This document shows positions 60,476 to 64,000 of a stretch of DNA of 64,000 nucleotides, in pieces. Where the stretch lies: the IMG/VR virus record IMGVR_UViG_3300037448_000016, positions 1-64,000 of that record. One strand, 5' to 3'. The stretch's first letter is position 1, and every line of letters begins with the position of its first letter. The position numbers and the translations under genes were made by a program. The DNA is from a virus. Lineage: Duplodnaviria > Caudoviricetes. Under the pieces are notes generated by a model. It was not told where the DNA came from, did not search any database, and was given only the letters and a program-made list of their open reading frames with translations.

Positions 60476-60505
60476 TTGACAAGCCGCTGACAAGCACGCT
60501 AAGGT
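60476..60505 (+). promoter_or_regulatory. promoter TTGACA-N18-TAAGGT
   Basis: TTGACAAGCCGCTGACAAG repeat. Confidence 0.75.
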
Positions 60506-60550
60506 TCCACCACGACGACGACGCACCGACACCGCCCCTGGAGGCAACCA

Positions 60551-61090
60551 GTGAAGTACCGCCGCACCCGGACCACTCGCACGGCCAAGATCGTGATCGG
60601 CCTTGCCGCAGCAGCAACGGCGATCGTGAGTCAGACACAGCACGCCGAAGCCGCCACTACCGACAGCGTGGCCTGGGGCAAGGCGCTCACGCTCTGCCAG
60701 ACCGTGAAAGCGTATGGACCGCACGAAGAGTGCGTGGTCGGCGCCACCGTGAACGCCACGGGGAGGGTGCTGACCGGCGACGACTATCACATGAGCAAGA
60801 CGGGGCTGGTCCTGGACCACGCCACCCGGCCGATCACGTCAACGGTGAGCAAGCCGACCACGGCGGACAGGGCTCGCATGGTGACGGCGAACGCCGAGTG
60901 CAAGAGCGTGCCGAACCATACCGTCAAGTGGTCAGCATGCATCACGGGCAGTGCGAACGCCAACGGTGGTGACACGGCTTTCGTGACGTCGGCTGACTGG
61001 TTCGCCATCCGGGTACGTCAGCACGTGGGGTACACATGGAAGGCGTACGCCGTCCACCACGCTCACGCTCTGGTCACGCCCCTGCCGTAA
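60551..61090 (+). CDS. secreted Cys-containing hypothetical protein
   Basis: Signal peptide (KYRR...AEAA), RBS GGAGG. Confidence 0.7.
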   Translation: MKYRRTRTTRTAKIVIGLAAAATAIVSQTQHAEAATTDSVAWGKALTLCQTVKAYGPHEECVVGATVNATGRVLTGDDYHMSKTGLVLDHATRPITSTVSKPTTADRARMVTANAECKSVPNHTVKWSACITGSANANGGDTAFVTSADWFAIRVRQHVGYTWKAYAVHHAHALVTPLP

Positions 61091-61096
61091 GGCACA

Positions 61097-61145
61097 GGCC
61101 GGAGGACCGCGAACACGGCGGTACGGCTCGACACCTCCTCCGGCC
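61097..61145 (+). repeat. 49-nt structured intergenic element, copy A
   Basis: GGCCGGAGG-ACCGC-GAACACG-GCGGT-ACGGCTCGACACCT-CCTCCGGCC. Confidence 0.85.
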
Positions 61146-61179
61146 ACTCGACCCACCAACGACGAAAGCGAGGCGCGAC

Positions 61180-61470
61180 ATGAGCGAACGGGTCAGCACG
61201 GGACGTGTCCGGCACCTGCTCAGCGAGGAGGTGGAACGGGCCGTCACGGAAGCGATCGAGTACGGCAAGGTACCGAGCAACGCCGTGGCTGCCACGATCG
61301 CATCGTGGTACCAGACGCCAGGGGGCCATGGGCTCACGTTCGCCCTGCTCCAACAGGGCAGCGAGGTGCTCCGCGAAGACCTGAGCGACGCCATCACGTC
61401 CGAGAGCGCCGAGAGCGCCGAGCACGACCGCCACATGTGGACTCTGAGCATGTGGATGGAAAGCCGCTGA
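61180..61470 (+). CDS. hypothetical protein
   Basis: MSERVSTGRV...; RBS GAGG. Confidence 0.7.
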   Translation: MSERVSTGRVRHLLSEEVERAVTEAIEYGKVPSNAVAATIASWYQTPGGHGLTFALLQQGSEVLREDLSDAITSESAESAEHDRHMWTLSMWMESR

Positions 61471-61477
61471 CAGCGAC

Positions 61478-61507
61478 TTGACAACGCACTGACCAGCACG
61501 GTACGGT
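61478..61507 (+). promoter_or_regulatory. promoter TTGACA-N18-TACGGT
   Basis: About 44 bp near-identical to the site at 62295. Confidence 0.8.
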
Positions 61508-61536
61508 TCAACCACCGACGACAACGAGGAGTGACC

Positions 61537-61818
61537 GTGAGCCACAGGTACGTGATGGACTTCCATCCACACGACGGAGCGCCGACCGGGCCGATGATGG
61601 AAGAGGTCAGCGAGAGCGAGGTTCTCGCCGGACGGTCCGGATCGGGTGAGGAGTTCCGCCGCCGGACCCGCAACGAAGGCGAGGAAAAGCCGCCCGTGGA
61701 CGGCGGATCATGGGCCGACCTGTACGACGCCGAAGCGTGGGACGGCGTGTCCTACGGCTACCCGGTCTACCGGCTCACCTGGAACCGGAACCGATCGATC
61801 CACATCGAATCCCACTGA
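61537..61818 (+). CDS. hypothetical protein
   Basis: RBS GAGGAG then GTG. Confidence 0.7.
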   Translation: MSHRYVMDFHPHDGAPTGPMMEEVSESEVLAGRSGSGEEFRRRTRNEGEEKPPVDGGSWADLYDAEAWDGVSYGYPVYRLTWNRNRSIHIESH

Positions 61819-61824
61819 ACCCCA

Positions 61825-61875
61825 GCCTCTGGCAGCGCACCTCGACGGCGCTACGGCTCGAATCCGGCCAGGGGC
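61825..61875 (+). repeat. structured intergenic element, copy B (51 nt)
   Basis: GCCTCTGGC-AGCGC-ACCTCGACG-GCGCT-ACGGCTCGAATCCG-GCCAGGGGC. Confidence 0.85.
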
Positions 61876-61907
61876 ACGCACACCACTCCGACAACGAAAG
61901 GCCCATC

Positions 61908-62123
61908 GTGATCAAGGTCATCGACTCCATCGTTCGGCTCAGGAGTTCCGTCAACGGAAACCCGCGCTACGAAATCACGTTCACCGACGGCACGGTTGCC
62001 CGTACTGCTTCCGATCACCAGTTCGCTACCTTCGTCGAGAACCAGGGAATGCGGAACGGCGACACGGTGCGGGTCGAGATCAACGGTAAGGGCACGATCT
62101 CGCACATGGAGCCGAAGTCCTGA
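61908..62123 (+). CDS. small OB-fold-like hypothetical protein
   Basis: RBS GAAAGG; S.NGNPRY.ITF.DG motif. Confidence 0.7.
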   Translation: MIKVIDSIVRLRSSVNGNPRYEITFTDGTVARTASDHQFATFVENQGMRNGDTVRVEINGKGTISHMEPKS

Positions 62124-62152
62124 CCACGGCAGCCGCCCCGACGACGAAAGGC

Positions 62153-62287
62153 ATGGCGATGCAACGGTATGACGTGCTAGACGACAATGGAGACGTCTTG
62201 GAGTCGTTCGATTCCTGGGCCCTGGCGAACATCAAGGCGCGAGAGCACAGATTCACGGTCCGCGACAACATGCCGGATGAGGACTGA
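62153..62287 (+). CDS. small hypothetical protein
   Basis: RBS GAAAGG; MAMQRYDVLDD... Confidence 0.55.
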   Translation: MAMQRYDVLDDNGDVLESFDSWALANIKAREHRFTVRDNMPDED

Positions 62288-62294
62288 CCAGCAG

Positions 62295-62324
62295 TTGACA
62301 ACGGACTGACCAGCACGGTACGGT
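62295..62324 (+). promoter_or_regulatory. promoter TTGACA-N18-TACGGT with three TGAC at 11-bp spacing
   Basis: TGAC at 62285, 62296 and 62307. Confidence 0.8.
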
Positions 62325-62358
62325 TCAACCACCGACGACGACGAAACGAGGCCACACA

Positions 62359-62673
62359 GTGAGAATGCATTTCGACAACGTCCGAGAGCGTGACCTGCGG
62401 GAAGCGTTCCAGGAAGCCGACATCCCGCACGCTTCGCTCACCATCAAGGGTGAGCATTCCAGCCGCTCGCACCGGACGGCTTTCGAGGTCCGGCTCACGG
62501 GTGACGGCATCTCCAACGGCCGGAAGACCCAAGACGGGCAGGACTACGCCGCGACGTACGACGAGTGGGGCGAGTTCATCTCGCGGCTCTACGACCGCGA
62601 CGTCACCGCGAAGATCGGCCCGTACACCTCCCGGGCCGACTTCCAAGACCGAACCGGCAGCCGGTACACCTGA
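62359..62673 (+). CDS. hypothetical protein
   Basis: RBS GAGG; ATYDEWG.F...L motif. Confidence 0.7.
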   Translation: MRMHFDNVRERDLREAFQEADIPHASLTIKGEHSSRSHRTAFEVRLTGDGISNGRKTQDGQDYAATYDEWGEFISRLYDRDVTAKIGPYTSRADFQDRTGSRYT

Positions 62674-62679
62674 AACCCG

Positions 62680-62728
62680 GCCTCTGGCACCGCGAACACG
62701 GCGGTACGGCTCGAATCCAGCCAGAGGC
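62680..62728 (+). repeat. 49-nt structured intergenic element, copy C
   Basis: GCCTCTGGC-ACCGC-GAACACG-GCGGT-ACGGCTCGAATCCA-GCCAGAGGC. Confidence 0.85.
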
Positions 62729-62785
62729 ACGCAAGGCAAGAGCGGAAGTCCTTGCCTCCCACCCCAACTCACCCAGGAGAGCACC

Positions 62786-63028
62786 ATGCGCTCACTGTCC
62801 AGCATTGCCAACGAGATCGAAATCCTATGGTCCGCGAAAGGTTCCGGCGTCAACTACGCGGCACGCCCCTACCTAGACGCCATGAAGACCCTGACCACGG
62901 TCGATGACCGGTACTACGACGACTCTGCCAAGTCGATCGTCCTCTACTTCCTGAGCAACGCTTCAGGGTTCCGGGGCGAACGCGCCAAGGAGATTAAGGC
63001 CGAACTGAAGTCCATGATCGGCAAGTAG
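62786..63028 (+). CDS. conserved small phage protein (A.PYL.AM..L...D.Y..D...SIVLYFL.N...RG..A..IK.EL)
   Basis: Recognisable motif; RBS AGGAG. Confidence 0.8.
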   Translation: MRSLSSIANEIEILWSAKGSGVNYAARPYLDAMKTLTTVDDRYYDDSAKSIVLYFLSNASGFRGERAKEIKAELKSMIGK

Positions 63029-63034
63029 AACTCA

Positions 63035-63083
63035 GCCTGGCGGACCGCGAACACGGCGGTACGGCTCGACACCGCTGCCAGGC
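63035..63083 (+). repeat. 49-nt structured intergenic element, copy D
   Basis: GCCTGGCGG-ACCGC-GAACACG-GCGGT-ACGGCTCGACACCG-CTGCCAGGC. Confidence 0.85.
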
Positions 63084-63115
63084 ACGCACACCACCCCGAC
63101 GACGAAAGGCGCATC

Positions 63116-63271
63116 ATGACCGAACAGGGCAAGTGGATCATGTGGGCCGATCCCAAGCGCGGCACTCAGCCGCTGGGAACGATCCTGTCCAGCGACGACG
63201 ACACCATCACGTACCAACCGCGTTTCGGGCGGCCGATCACGGTCAAGCGGGCCGAAGTGAAGATCCGCTGA
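63116..63271 (+). CDS. small hypothetical protein
   Basis: RBS GAAAGG; 51 aa. Confidence 0.6.
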   Translation: MTEQGKWIMWADPKRGTQPLGTILSSDDDTITYQPRFGRPITVKRAEVKIR

Positions 63272-63405
63272 TGCCACGTCCAGCCGGATCATTGGCCACG
63301 TGCCCGACCTGCAACGCCATCGTGCTGATTACGCCCAAGGGCGTGGTCAAGCATTTCCCGGGAGCGACCGACTGCCCCACCGAGGGCACTACGCTTAACC
63401 AGTAG
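63271..63405 (+). CDS. small Zn-ribbon-like protein
   Basis: TGATG coupling; CPTC...H...C. Confidence 0.55.
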   Translation: MPRPAGSLATCPTCNAIVLITPKGVVKHFPGATDCPTEGTTLNQ

Positions 63406-63435
63406 TTGACAACTCCCTGACAACTCCGATAGCCT
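63406..63435 (+). promoter_or_regulatory. promoter TTGACA-N18-TAGCCT, leaderless into ATG 63442
   Basis: TTGACAACTCCCTGACAAC repeat. Confidence 0.8.
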
Positions 63436-63441
63436 CCCATC

Positions 63442-64000
63442 ATGACGACGACGAAAGGTGCTCCCGTGGCAACGCTGGCCGACATCCTCCCCTCCGAGAC
63501 TGCGATGGTCCGGAACATCCTGAAGGTCTACCGTTCCGCCACCGACGCGCAACGAGGCCAGGGAATGGCCTGGTACGACGAGGCGCACAGCCTGGCGGTT
63601 GCGCTGGACCCGGAGAACCCGATGCGAGCAGCCGGTGTCATCTCGGCGCTCTCCCCTCGGATCCAGTGGTCGTACAACCAGAAGTTGGCCATCCGGCTGT
63701 ACGCCGACGGCGTGCTGACCGGCGGCTGCCTGCCTGCGAACTACACGAAGGCGAACAAGATCTTTAACGGGGCCGACGTGATGGCCACGCTGAAAGCACC
63801 CAAGACGCAAGCGTTCGCCGCGACCATTGCCAATCCGGCAGGCGATCACGCTCCCGTGATCGACCGTCACGCTTTCAGCGTTGCCGTCGGATACGCCAGT
63901 ACCGACGACGACACGTCGATCCTGGGACGCAAGGGGGCGTACGACCTGTTCGCCGGGGCGTACCGGAAGGCAGCGAAGCGGGCCGGGATCAGCCCGAGCC
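63442..64000 (+). CDS. conserved phage protein, partial (WY..A...ALSP...W..N...IDRHA); possibly HhH-glycosylase-like fold
   Basis: Open frame running off the window end; alternative GTG start at 63466; fold call is weak. Confidence 0.6.
   Translation, partial: MTTTKGAPVATLADILPSETAMVRNILKVYRSATDAQRGQGMAWYDEAHSLAVALDPENPMRAAGVISALSPRIQWSYNQKLAIRLYADGVLTGGCLPANYTKANKIFNGADVMATLKAPKTQAFAATIANPAGDHAPVIDRHAFSVAVGYASTDDDTSILGRKGAYDLFAGAYRKAAKRAGISPS

Noticed and set aside
60313-60972. 219-aa ORF from the track
   Set aside because: It crosses a promoter and overlaps the better-supported 60551-61090 gene in another frame; composition is R/G/P-rich shadow-like.
61097-63083. CRISPR array or simple intrinsic terminators
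   Set aside because: The repeats are separated by whole genes of variable length (300-900 bp), no cas genes are present, and the stems are branched and lack U-tracts.

Overview
The window is about 64 kb of a high-GC tailed (siphovirus-like) actinobacterial phage or prophage. From left to right it holds: (i) rightward accessory operons at 1-6.7 kb, including an HNH-TM-FtsK fusion, an Rmf-like microprotein and a polynucleotide kinase; (ii) leftward accessory and replication genes at 6.7-19.6 kb (papain-like protease, JAB protease, endonuclease VII, SSB-like, MazG-like, PD-(D/E)XK exonuclease, primase-polymerase/SF3 helicase, SLOG, small regulator); (iii) an overlapping divergent promoter pair and a rightward operon with a vWA protein at 19.7-22.5 kb; (iv) a leftward Gram-positive-type conjugation/T4SS gene cluster at 22.4-30.35 kb (pilin-like, TcpE-like, VirB4, VirB6-like, VirB8-like, lytic transglycosylase), sitting next to the lysis cassette and driven by a phage-type promoter; (v) a complete leftward lysis, tail, head and packaging module at 30.7-56.7 kb; (vi) a non-coding-RNA-rich region at 57.7-60.5 kb; (vii) a rightward array of small early genes at 60.5-64 kb separated by covarying 49-nt tRNA-like repeats. 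No integrase, partition system, relaxase or DNA polymerase is recognisable in the window. The strongest novelty candidates are the phage-embedded conjugation machinery, the family of tRNA-like/tmRNA-TLD-like RNAs, and a putative sRNA antisense to a (GAC)n leader motif shared by many early transcripts. All family assignments come from motif recognition by eye; no database search was run.
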